A stretch of 64,000 nucleotides of DNA from Setoptus koraiensis (lineage: Eukaryota > Animalia > Arthropoda), in NCBI GenBank assembly GCA_048013815.1, contig CM106585.1:12834001-12898000 (forward strand), written 5' to 3'. The position numbers were made by a program, and so were the translations under genes. The notes beneath the pieces are model-generated. The model was not told the DNA's origin. It searched no databases and saw only the letters and a program-made list of their open reading frames with translations. Shown piece after piece: positions 20,901-33,100 of this stretch (the first letter of the stretch is position 1; every line of letters begins with the position of its first letter).

Positions 20901-23666
20901 ATGGACTACAATGGACAACACAAGCTGAATAGAAACCAAAAGCAATTTTTACTATCTGTGGAAAGGGGCGACTTTGCAACAGTGAGAAGTCTATTGAAGT
21001 TGCCTCGAAGTGAGATGGCCATCGATTGTATGGACTCCTTAGGAAGGACAGCTCTTTTAATTGCTATAGACAATGAAAACATACACATGGTTAGATTGTT
21101 GACACTGTCAGGTATTAAACTTGGTGACGCTCTCCTCCATGCTATTAATGAAAACTTCGTTGAGGCAGTGGAACTGCTGCTTGATCTAGAACAATCTACA
21201 CACACGCAAGGCCAATTATACTCATGGCAAAGAGATAGGGAACACAGTATATTCAGTTCGGATATCACACCTCTGATATTGGCAGCACATAAGAACAATT
21301 TTGAGATAATTAAAATTCTGCTTGACAGAAAGGTGTCGCCTATGCCAGCGCCGCATAATCCCCGATGCGATTGCAATAAGTGTCGCATGGCCCGAGCAGA
21401 GGATTGCCTCAATCATTCCAGGTCGCGTATAAATGCCTTCAGGGCTTTGGCGTCGCCTAGTTTAATAGCTTTATCTAGTTCAGATCCCCTGTTGACCGCA
21501 TTCAAATTGAGCCTAAAACTAGAGAATCTCTCTATTCTAGAGCCCGAGTATGTTAGTGACTACCTGGAGCTTAGACGACAGTGTCAATCGTTTGCCACAG
21601 CCCTACTGGATCACACTAGAACTAGTAGTGAATTACAAATACTATTGAATTATAGCGATCATAACGATCATCAGTCAACATTAGATATCGCCAACTATAC
21701 ATATACGGATCCCAATACCGCCAACTATTCGTGTAATACTGCCCTCCAGAAAAATATCGCCGACGCCGCTAAATTGGATGACGATGAACTGGTGGCAGCA
21801 GCATCATTGCCATCTATAGATAGTGTTACAGGCCGCGTAGAGAGCTATCACAGCCACATGAGGTTAGCTCGACTGATGTTGGCCATCAAGTGCAAACAAA
21901 AAGCCTTTTGTGCCCACCCGAATGTTCAGCAATTTTTAGCTTCGATGTGGTATGAGAATTTGCCGGGCTTCCGAAGTAAGAACTCTTTGAGTCAGGCAAT
22001 TCAGATTGTTCTCATTGGAGCTATGTTCCCAATTTATTCAGTGGCATATTTGATTGCGCCCAAATCTCAGATGGGTCGCTACATTAAGAAGCCATTCATA
22101 AAGTTCATTTGTCACTCGGCCAGCTATATAACGTTTCTGATAACGTTGACAGCACTCGGGGCTGCTCCAACAATTAACACATACATATACATCGAGGTGG
22201 TGATATACTTTTGGGTGCTGGGGCTGGTTTGGGCCGAATGGAAACAAATTAAAGCGCAACGCTTATATTACTATAAAGCAAATATGTGGAACACATTGGA
22301 TTCCGTGGCCAACAGTTTTTATCTGGCAGCCATATCGTTACGTTTGATAGCTCATTTGCAACAAGACGAAAATTCATCTAAATTGGCTCGCGAACATTGG
22401 CCACCCTACGATCCGAAGCTATTATCCGAGGGCTTATTTGCGGCTGCGTCCATATTTAGCGCCTTGAAATTGGTTTACATATTTCAAGTGAATCCTTATT
22501 TGGGCCCATTACAAATCAGTCTGGGTCGTATGATTATAGACATATTGAAATTTGCCTGGATCTATGTATTGGTTTTATTCGCATTCGCCTGCGGCATGAA
22601 TCAATTACTTTGGTATTATGCCGATCTAGAGCGTCATCAGTGTCTTAGCAGCATTACAACGCAACTAGATTATGTCGCTAGCAGCACTACTCAAATTTCG
22701 ACAGAAACAAAAGCTGGCGCCAACCTAACTAGAAAAACTACCACCACCAGCGGAGACCAGACTATTCCCCCCATTGACCCCATGTCGGATGAATCGTGTA
22801 AGGTGTGGCGTAAATTTTCCAATGTTTTCGAGTCGTCACAGACATTGTTTTGGGCCACATTTGGTCTAGTGGATTTAGAGAGTTTTGATCTTATTGGCAT
22901 CAAGCAATACACACGTTTTTGGGCCTTGTTGATGTTTGGCATATACTGTTTTATAAACGTTATCGTTGTTTTAAATCTACTTATAGCTATGATGAATCAT
23001 TCATACGAGAAAATAAGCGGAAAGTCAGACGTTGAATGGAAATTTGCGCGCACCAGTTTGTGGATGTCCTATTTTGATACTGGCTCCACTGTTCCGCCAC
23101 CGTTTAACATTATACCCTCAATTAAGTCGTTCCAGACTGTATTCAAGTTTGTCGCAAGATTGATTATGTCACTGTTCAACAGTAACCAGTGTGAAACATC
23201 GTCAGCCGCCAAAAACGAACTCAATACAATCAGCGATTGTAGGTTAGAATTGAAACAATCAGCTAACAACAATCCCGACGGCACCGATAAATCAATCGGG
23301 GCGACCTCCTTTGTTGGTAGGCACGCTCCCGCTCAACCAGCGTCTGATGGCAGCTCTAGTTATATATTAGATGACAGATGTGGGCACTGGTGGGGACACG
23401 CCAAACTCGAGTGCATTGATGAAGAGGCCCCCTCTAATGGAGCCAACAGAACAAAAGTGCCACGGTGCGATAGAAAACGTTGTCGTAAGGGATTGTGTCA
23501 AGTGGAGCAAAGTAGACGCTATCAGCATGTCATTAAAACGCTCATTAGTCGTTACATAATTAAAGAACAGCGAGCGCTTTTGAAGAATCGCGAACTCACT
23601 GAGGACGATTGTCATGAAATCAAACAGGAAGTGAGCGCATTGAGATACGAAATTAAAAAGTTGTAA
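20901..23666 (+). CDS. Trpgamma: TRPC-family cation channel, TRPgamma-like; coding region without introns (about 921 aa)
   Basis: Ankyrin repeats (DSLGRTALLIAIDNEN, ITPLILAAHKNNFEIIKILL), TRP_2 domain (PHNPRCDC...HSRSRINAFRALASPSLI), pore LFWATFGLVDL, TRP box EWKFARTSLWMSYF and terminal coiled coil EIKQEVSALRYEI. The first ATG is at 20901; the ORF track's TTG start at 20832 probably lies in an intron (acceptor at 20874). Confidence 0.93.
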   Translation: MDYNGQHKLNRNQKQFLLSVERGDFATVRSLLKLPRSEMAIDCMDSLGRTALLIAIDNENIHMVRLLTLSGIKLGDALLHAINENFVEAVELLLDLEQSTHTQGQLYSWQRDREHSIFSSDITPLILAAHKNNFEIIKILLDRKVSPMPAPHNPRCDCNKCRMARAEDCLNHSRSRINAFRALASPSLIALSSSDPLLTAFKLSLKLENLSILEPEYVSDYLELRRQCQSFATALLDHTRTSSELQILLNYSDHNDHQSTLDIANYTYTDPNTANYSCNTALQKNIADAAKLDDDELVAAASLPSIDSVTGRVESYHSHMRLARLMLAIKCKQKAFCAHPNVQQFLASMWYENLPGFRSKNSLSQAIQIVLIGAMFPIYSVAYLIAPKSQMGRYIKKPFIKFICHSASYITFLITLTALGAAPTINTYIYIEVVIYFWVLGLVWAEWKQIKAQRLYYYKANMWNTLDSVANSFYLAAISLRLIAHLQQDENSSKLAREHWPPYDPKLLSEGLFAAASIFSALKLVYIFQVNPYLGPLQISLGRMIIDILKFAWIYVLVLFAFACGMNQLLWYYADLERHQCLSSITTQLDYVASSTTQISTETKAGANLTRKTTTTSGDQTIPPIDPMSDESCKVWRKFSNVFESSQTLFWATFGLVDLESFDLIGIKQYTRFWALLMFGIYCFINVIVVLNLLIAMMNHSYEKISGKSDVEWKFARTSLWMSYFDTGSTVPPPFNIIPSIKSFQTVFKFVARLIMSLFNSNQCETSSAAKNELNTISDCRLELKQSANNNPDGTDKSIGATSFVGRHAPAQPASDGSSSYILDDRCGHWWGHAKLECIDEEAPSNGANRTKVPRCDRKRCRKGLCQVEQSRRYQHVIKTLISRYIIKEQRALLKNRELTEDDCHEIKQEVSALRYEIKKL

Positions 23667-23791
23667 TAGTAGTAGGCACTTGTAAATTATCTATTATTTT
23701 AGATTCTACATTCGTCTATCTCTCTTATACAAAACAATACAATAACAATAATAACAAACAATACAGACGACAGGTCTCTATCTCTCTAGTA

Positions 23792-24150
23792 TCACTTGGT
23801 AACGGAAGCTGCAGCGACTACCTGCATGACATTAGGACAGTCGTGTTCGTCGCTGCTATCAAAGCAATTTGGGTGGCCATCACATCTTCTGGAACTGGGT
23901 ATGCAAGCTGCAAGGAACGAGTAGAATATACAAACAAACAAAATATATGCAAGTTAGTAATTAATTAATTGATAAGTATAATGAAATTTTTGGTTGGTCA
24001 TTATTATGTGAAATGTCATCATCATCTTACCTGAATCCATGCACTGCCACTCGATGTCCTTCAAACACTCGCTGTCGTGGACACACCTGAAAGTTGATTG
24101 GGTCACTTTTTGGCACAATTGATTTGAGCCCGAACACCAGCCTCCACAAC
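23792..24150 (-). CDS. Last two exons: Cys-rich module and LDL-receptor class A repeat
   Basis: Spliced sequence GCGGWCSGSNQLCQKVTQSTFRCVHDSECLKDIEWQCMDSACIPSSRRCDGHPNCFDSSDEHDC: a six-Cys LDLa repeat with the acidic D-x-S-D-E Ca2+ cage. Confidence 0.88.
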
Positions 24151-27100
24151 CTGACGAGTCAGTGTAATTGCGTATTTTAGCACAGAAGGGCACCTTTGCT
24201 CTCAATTGAAGAAGGCAAATCTCACTAGTGGTGCAATTGGAGCATGTGAGTGCATCTGTGTGTGTATTTACAACAATCATTGTGACGAAGGGATGACAAA
24301 ACAAAAGTTGGTTAGTGGTTTGACTTCAATTACATTTATAATATATTTATATGATATTGATTGCGATTGCGTAATCGTTAGCTTACCTTGAGCATTTGTC
24401 GCTAATATAGGCGTACGGGGGACATTGGTAGCCTCAATGCCTGGCACCTGATCTCCGAGCGCCACATCGATAGGAGTGTTCTTGTCCGTTGAGCCACTTT
24501 GACCGTTGGTGGGATTGTTGTTGTTGTTGCTGTTGGCATTGTTGCCATCAACAGTATAAATGTTGATAGTTGTAGATGGCGAATCTTGTTGCTGTTGCAA
24601 TGCAATCGATGAACTTGTGACTAATGATTCTGACACTGATGGCACTTCCGGTGTTAGTGGCTGCTCAATGGTGGCAGGTGAGGAATATTCATTTGAGCCA
24701 TACGAGGTGGATAGTGTTGGCAATTGTCTCTTGTAAGCGGAACATTCTTGTTGACAATCGGATATCTCAATAGAGATCTCGTGACTGCCAAAGCGCTGCT
24801 TACAAATGTCATCAGCCAATGATTGACCCGTTGTTTGTGACATACAAGTACGTATTCTAGAATGTGTTCTAGTTGAATCACAGAATCCATTCTTGTCCAA
24901 ACAAGATGACCAAGGTGACCATTCGGACCACACAACTGGCAATTGTTGGCTTGCAAAGGGATTTGATATTTCTGTAGAGAATATTGGCTGCTGAATATTC
25001 TGCTGATCTGACGTAGATGGCGCTCCTTGTGCTGACGGCAGCAAAACTGCACTGTCTTGATTATTATTACCATTATCAATGTGACTATCATGACGATCAT
25101 TGTTGTTATAGTGATGAGTTGCCGTTGTTGGCTGTGACATAAGCGGATGCTGCTGATGCTGTTGCATCATTCCCTCGGGTACTAAACTGGGGGGCACAAT
25201 ACCCTGACTCAAGTCTTTGTCTGGCACAGCTACACAATTAATGGGAGGAGGGGAGGGGGTGATAATAGCGGATAATAATAGAATGAAAAGATTAGAGAAT
25301 TGGACTTAGTTATTGCAGTCATAGTATAATCAGTCATGTCGAGCTTATGAGTTTTATGTGTTTATAGCGTTTCGTTGGAGCTGAGCGAATGCGACGACGA
25401 TCACGTAATAACGTGACAACGATATTGGCCGTGTTGCATTTGCATGGCGCGACATTGAGCCGCTCTAAAGATTCAAACTATTGCAATTGCTATTAACCAG
25501 CCATGGTGCAGCAAACAAAAAAAAGATTCAGCATCGCCGGCGATCGGTGTGGAACGACGCATTTGAAGCTTAGACAGTCATCGAGAACAACCAACCGACT
25601 GAAGTGACTGTGGCTGGCCCGCCAACGAAAGAGGTAGATTAAGAGTAAGAGTCTCTCTCGGGGGCCCCACTGTCGCTGTCAATGGCAAGCGGGCTTGCAA
25701 GCGGTGGGCATTGTCAATCAGGCACGCGCAATAATATTATCTGGCTCGTGTGTGTGTTAGCACGTGTCGGAATTGCAAGTGAGAGAGAGGCCGTGGCGAC
25801 ACAACTGTCAGTTGACTGCCTCTTATTGGTTCGTGTGGCGCTATCATTACAGTACAGTTATGATCAGATTGGCTGGGGCCCGATGCGAGCCCGCGGTTGT
25901 TTGGCAGATTTGGCAGACGCAGTGTGCGCTGGTCACAACAACAACAACAACAGCAGCGACAACAACAACAACAACTCTGGCTGGTCATCTCATTGTTGCG
26001 CAATCATTCATTAAATTGATTGGCTGTGGCAGCAGTGTGATGATGACTCATGCACAATTGTTGTGCAATCGCAACGGAGGCCAGCCAAGAAGACTGCGCA
26101 TTGCACAATAAGCAATTACTGGTTTGTTTGTCTCATCAGGCATCGCTAGCAAGTGGCCAAATATTGCCAGCCGGCTCGCAATATTCGGCTGGCCGGCTCG
26201 CGATATTCGGCTGGCCGGCGATATTCGGCTGGCCGGCAGTGTTTGGTGCGAACCAGCGGCTGGTTTGAATGTCCGACTAATGAAAATGGCAAATATACAC
26301 ACAATGGCGGGTTTAGGTGGCGACGGGCGACGCTGAGATATGCAGCGGCGCTCCAGTTTGCCAGCCAAGTGCCAAAAATGAATGAATGACTCAACGCGAA
26401 TGCATGAGCCAGTGATTGAGTAAGTGAGGCCAGCGCAGAGGTTGTAGGTTAGCCAGAGCGCCAGCAGGATTAGCCTTAGCCGCTAATCCTGCTGGCGCCG
26501 CCGCTGACGACTAACGGTATCTAGCAGTCAGATGGCGCTTGCAGCGACGAGTTGCGTGAGCTTGGCTGGTGGCGAGTTTTTTTGGCACACACACACACAA
26601 AAAGTTGGCCAGCAGCAGATTACATAATATTACATAACATTAGTGGGACGGGATTACTTGTGCCATTTGTGCTGTTTGCGCCAGTTGGCGCTGGTGCGAT
26701 ATGTGTTACAAAAGAAGATATAGAGGCAAGCAAGTTGCACTGCACAACAAGCGACCAGATGAGAAGACAAGTCATTATCTGTGTGTGCCAACAGTGTCAT
26801 TAGACAGTGACTGTGGTGACGCAACCCGCTGGCCACTATCTTGACATGGTTGCCTTGATATCGGCAACTTGAACCTGGTGCGATATGTGTTTGTGTGGTC
26901 ACTCATCAGCGGCAGCAGTTTGAGCAGTTGCGTCGGAGAAAGTGTTTGCTCACACACACACTGTATCATTTGAGATTAGCGAGCCGCAGCAGCCGCTAGT
27001 GACATTGCGGTGTTGCGGTCATTGTGCTTGTCAGATTGTAATCGTCCAACAATCAGCTGATACAAATACATAAAGAAACAAGATTAAACAGCTGGCTGGC

Positions 27101-30100
27101 TGGTTGGCGGGCCCAATTTGTTGTCGCATCATATGGTGCGTAAGGCTCATTGGCACGGCCTCTATGAGCCCTCTATTTATAAGCATCTATGAGCTTATCA
27201 GCTCATGGACGCTTATAAAGCTCGCTGCTAAAAAGCTCGGGGCCTTTTGTGTATTTATCAGCCATTTCGGGCTGATTTCGTGTTGGCCGATTGTGCTGGT
27301 AAGACCACAAAGTAACCACGCAATCGGCCACTACGCGGCGTCCATTGACGGATGTCCATTGATCCATCCATCAGTGGACACTGATGGATGTCCGTTGATC
27401 GGGCCTAGATAAACGGCCCAAATATTCGGGCCTAAATGGCAGCCCAAATAGAGGAAAGTATTGTTTTTGCAAGACCTTACATAACATGTGATCACACATA
27501 AAGATGACGGTTGGCACATTTCGCTTTGGGCCAGCCATCATGTTTGGCCGGGCTCGATGGCTGGCACGGCCGGCCGGCCAGAGATTGTCGAAATAAACGC
27601 GATAGTGAGCCCAAGTGGCCTAGTTAGTGGGCAAGAAAAGGAAGAAGAAAACATCAAACAAACAAACAAACAAACAAACCCAGTTGACAGTAGTGATAAT
27701 AATATAGGCCTTACACTTGACATAATGACAGCAGAGAAGATGGATTAAGTAGGAGAGAGCTCGCAATCGATGGATACACAGCATGCACTCGACAACTAGC
27801 TCGCTAATGATATGCCATTGGACGCCCACTCAATGGCCGTTTCGCTGACCACTAATGAATGAGCTTGGCCAGTCGGCAGTGTCACACACGGCTTGTGTCG
27901 TCGGCAATGCAACTCAAATTAGCGACTTGCACAACACACTGGCATTTGGCATTTGGCAGCTTTGCAAAGCGATCGATTGATGATGCAACTTTGGCCACAA
28001 CTCACTGGTCACTGTACCATTAGTAGCGTTAGTAGTGTTGGTGTTGCTAGTGCAGTGACCGCTCAATTGAGCATTGGGATTTTGTCGTTCATTTATTTTG
28101 GCAATATCAGCATCGTCAGCTGATGATCAGCGGCGCCACATAACGTCAGCTAGCCAGATAAATGGAGAGAGCGAGAGAAAAGCATCATTAATTGACGTAA
28201 TTAGCTAATATTTGACATAACTCTGTTGACTCCACTGGGCACTGCTGCTGCTGCACTGTGCAACAGCCAAGCAACAACAGCCAGGCAACAACAGCAACAA
28301 CAACAACACCGACAGCAAGACTAAGCGAGCCAACAGTGACAAAGTTGACGCGCGTGGGCGCCTTCGCCACACCAATTATTATGCGACTATTATGCAACTA
28401 TTATACCACAACAACTATCGTACAACTGTTATCAATAACAACTGGTGGTCATTGTTTATAATAGCTAGACTATAATAATAACTAGATGTCACTTAATTCA
28501 ATTTCGGCCAAACCAGCAGGTGTAAAGCTGTCCGATAGACAGATAATATAATAGTTGTGTATAAAATGGTAGAGGTGGCGCTACAGCAAGATTAATTGAT
28601 CGAAAGCGGCCAGTGTCATGTTTTTTATCGCCGATATCGCAGTCGATTGCATTAGTCAGTCGGCCAGTTGGTTCACCTGTTTGCAGCACAACATTCGCAG
28701 TCTCGTCTCACTGGACACACCACTGGACACACCACTGGACACACAGACACCAGCACAGGTGAACACAGGCGAAAAAGGCCAACAAAATTGGCCGACGCAA
28801 CAGCGCAAACGTCAAACAAACTGTCAAAATACCAAAATGCTGCCAGCTCCAACATTGCAGCAAACAAAGGTCGTTGCGCAACATTTGTTGTCGCTGTTGT
28901 TGCTGTCGCTGTTGTTGTCGTTGTCGTTGTTGCTGTTGCTGTTGTTGCTGCTGTTGCTGTTGTTGCTGTTGGTGTCGTTGTTGGCGTGGCTGGCGCGCCG
29001 TCGCCGGGTGATTTGCATATTTTTCATAACTGACTTGCTCCAGTTGCCCAAATGGACAATTGCAATTCAATAAAATATGCGATAATAAGGCAGTCAATGC
29101 TGAAAATGGCCAATATCGCATAGGCGGCAGTTATGTAACTAATATTTGCGTTGATAGTTGGCACACACATGCGACTGTTTGCACTTGAAACACACACACA
29201 CTATTGAATAGAGTGTGATGCCCACTCTTTCGTGTCTCGTATCTGATGATCTAATTAAAGTTCACACACCACAGCACACACACACACTACGACAGGTGAC
29301 TTGTGGGCCGGTTGTTGAGCTGGCGAATGCACTTGTTGAAACGGCCAAAGAGAGAGAGTTTTCAATTTCAATTTACAGTTGTATCTAGAGCTGGCCGGTA
29401 ACAGGCGACACAAATTAACAGCGCAATTTGCTGCCGGCCGCTCTGACAAGTGACTCGTTTGTTGTCAGTGCATCAGAGCCTGTCAATTACATAACAATAT
29501 TAGCATGCATAACACTGCTGCAAGCTAACAGCGACCGGGCCAGATAATTATCGGCCGTAGTTATTATTGTCAGCGTTGACCAACGACACACAAAGCAAAC
29601 AATGAGCAAACGACAACAGAGAGAGAGAGAGAGTGCAAAAACAAACAAACCAAATATCGTCAGCACTGACGATGGTGGCCGCCCCCGCAAACACACTCTC
29701 GGCTGCTATAACGGCTACTTGTTGGTTAATTTTGAGAGCGCTCGAATCGATGCAAAAAATCACATTCGGCTCATTTGTGGGCACGACAGGTGACCACTGG
29801 GCCGGTGTGCCAAGTGTGCAAATAATCAATGCAAATCAACATGTCGGCTAATGTTTTCTAGAAATCGAAATCGCAATCGCAACCCAAACACAAATGGAAA
29901 TGGAAATAATACAAATCCAAATGAGTTTGTGTGTTTGTTTTGTGAATAATTTAGCATCGACAAACAACAGCTTGCAGAGCGGCGAAAATTGCGCGCCGCA
30001 TATCGCCAATTGTCGACACTGTCGAGACTATCGAGATTGTCGAAACTATCGACACTGTCGACCATCGACATTTTGCACCATCGACATTTTGCACCATCGA

Positions 30101-33100
30101 CATTTTGGACCATCGACAATGCCGACAGCGGCGCTTGGATGCTGTTTAGCGCAGACAACAGGTAAGTTTGCGAGCCGAGTAACAATGATCGCACGCTTGC
30201 TCTGATTGATTCGTCATGACGAGATCGTTCTCGACGGACTTGTCAAGTCTCGTATGTATAAATAAATACATAAATGTATGGCCAGATATAAAGCGAGCAA
30301 CAGTGAGAGCAAGACCAACAAAGTAAGACAATTGCAATTGCCCAATTGGATGCGCACGCCTCACCTGGTGCCCGTGCTGTTTGTGTCGAGCAGCGACTTG
30401 TTGGCCTTAATGTTGGCATTAAATTGGCGCCGACCCAACAACCAATTTAATGCTTGCTCGAACCCATTACATAACACACACACACACACAAAACACTTGT
30501 GAGCAACGTCGGACCACCTTCGAGCGCGCCCGAGAAGAAGCACCTGTCCTGTCAATTTTGATTTGTCAGTCGGTTAGTTAGTCAGCTGCTGCTGCTGCTG
30601 CCACACTGACCATTTAAGCTCACTCGAGTTGTTGTGCATTGTTGCCACAGGCCATTGGAAGAAAGTTGCCAGCGATTTCTCATGTGATCTCAAGTGATTA
30701 TTATGTAATGAGTAGTGTTACTGGCTCACCCACCGACCTGTTGCGTCATCATGGGCCTGCTACAGTGCGCCTGATCACACAACACACTTTATAATATGAC
30801 TTGTGTTGTCGGCACAATCGAACGCAATCGAACGCGACCGAACTCGACCGAACGCAATCGAACGCCATCGAACGCCATCGAACGCCATCGAACGCCACCG
30901 GACGCCATCGAACGCACCAAAAGCGAACGCACCAAAAGCGAACGCACCGAGAGCATTGAGAGCAGGGGAAAATTCGAACAGGTGAGCAGCTCGAGTTTGT
31001 TGCGGGCAGAGTACGGCACGGACTCGCACACGACTGTTGCGTCACACGGGGCGCAACAGTCGGGCCGCGAGAAGGCGCCCGGCCGGTGCAAGGTGCAGGT
31101 GCAGGCCACAAGGCATGAGACAGTGGTGCAGTAAGGTGCAGTGAGGTGCAGTAAGGTGCATCATGGGCACCAACAACAAGTGCATGCTGCTCGGTGCACC
31201 AACAATGTAAGTGGCTCGCCAGTGCGCACTAAATGCCTGCTGTGCGCTACTGATGCAACGTAACGCTGGCAAAATTGCGTAACAATTTTGCGCACACTTG
31301 TTGTGATGTTGAAGAAGCGCCCGAACTGGCCGAACTGAACTGGCCAGAACTGAACTGGCCAGAACTGGACTGAACTGGCCAGAGCGCAGTGCCAATAGTA
31401 TGATAATCACGAGCGGGCAGGTGAAGCTTGCGGCTAATCCAATTGGCCGGTATCGTGCTCCTCTCGGCCGGCCAACAGCGACACCAACAGCAACAACAGC
31501 AACAACAACAGCAGCAACAGCAGCAACAGCAGCAACAGCAGCAACAGCAACAACAACAGCAACAGCAACAATAACCATGAAACATGCCGACTGGATGAGC
31601 AGCCATGACGCAAGCCATTGAGCGGCGCAAAATGGTGCTGCCATTGGATATTCATCATAATTATTACTATTTGCTTTGGCCCTCGGACACACACACACGC
31701 ACACACACACGCACACGGCAAGCGGCGGCCGGCGAGCTTGCCAACAATGATTAATTGTAACAAGAGCCAATTGATTTATAATCTCTCGGTGTTAATAAAT
31801 CATGATCTAGTAGGCCAACAACAGCAACAACAGCAACCACAATAATGCCCCAGTGCGCCAATGAGAGCCTGCAAAATCTAGCAACATCTCGCTTGGCGCT
31901 CGCTGGCGGATTATCATTATTTATGTTTATTTTTGCCAGAGAAGGAGCTGCCACGCAAAGTCTGATTCGCGCTCTCATTCAATTCAATCGGTTAGCATCG
32001 ATGGCGCATTTAGACGCTGGCGATTGTTGGCAATGGCGTTATCACGAAGCCATCTCTCGCTCTGATCCGAGCGTCTCGGATCCGAAACACTCCAAGGCTC
32101 GCCGAGACGGCGCAGCTCGCATGCCATACACTCACGCAACATATTGCCAGAGCTGTAATCTCCTGACGGGCTTATTAACAAGTTGCTGCGTCAGCTTGCG
32201 CTCATTTGCATGCCGGCCAGCTCGTGATTGATGATTCGTTTGAGGCCCTTTTATGGCCGCTTTTACGGTCTCTATTCTACGGTTTGCAGCGAGCCCACGG
32301 TCGCTCTGGCCACTAATGTCGCTGCTATCTGTCTGATGCCGGCGCGTCTGATGCCGCTGAGTCCGGTATGGCCGCGTCCAGCATCGCCGCGGCTAATGTC
32401 GATGTCATGAACCGCCGGCCTTAGCAATTGTATATTTTTGCATTCATATTGATATTCGTATCGCAAAACATATTTGGTTCGCATTTGTATTCGCTTTTTG
32501 TTTGGTTCGCATTTGTATTCGGTTTTTGTTTGGTTTGCATTTGTATTTGGTTTGCGTTTGTGTTTGGTATGTATGTGGTCAGCTCGCAACTGACCGGCCG
32601 AGCCGATCGCGGTGCAAACGATTACATTTGCACCGCTGCATCCAACACAGTGTGGCGAGCCGGTGCATCGGACACTGTCCGGCGAGCCGGTGCAAACGGC
32701 CCAATCAGCTGATGGATGGCAATTGTTTGTTGCGGGACGATGATGATTTGAAGCAAGCGAAGCAAGTGAGACAAGTGAGACAAGTGAAACAAATGAAACA
32801 AACAATCAAACAATTAGACGCCGGCGGATTGAAATGTGAGCTTCGTGTGGATGCTGGATGCTCATCATTAGTGCTCATTATCATTAGTGAGTATGCACAA
32901 CAAAGCAATAATCATCACCGGCAACAGCAACATCAACAGCCAGAGAAACGGCACAATCACAGCCAGAGAAACAGCGACAGTCAGAGTGAGAGGCTCAAAA
33001 CAAAGAATTTCTTTCATCTCATCTGGTGGGATAATAAGTATGCTAGCGGCCGCTTGTTAATGGCCAATAATAATGGCCGATAATGGCCGACTCAGGCGCA

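Noticed and set aside
32953-32975. miR-2-like ATCACAGCCAG
   Set aside because: Part of a local CAGCCAGAGAAAC direct repeat, with no complementary arm.
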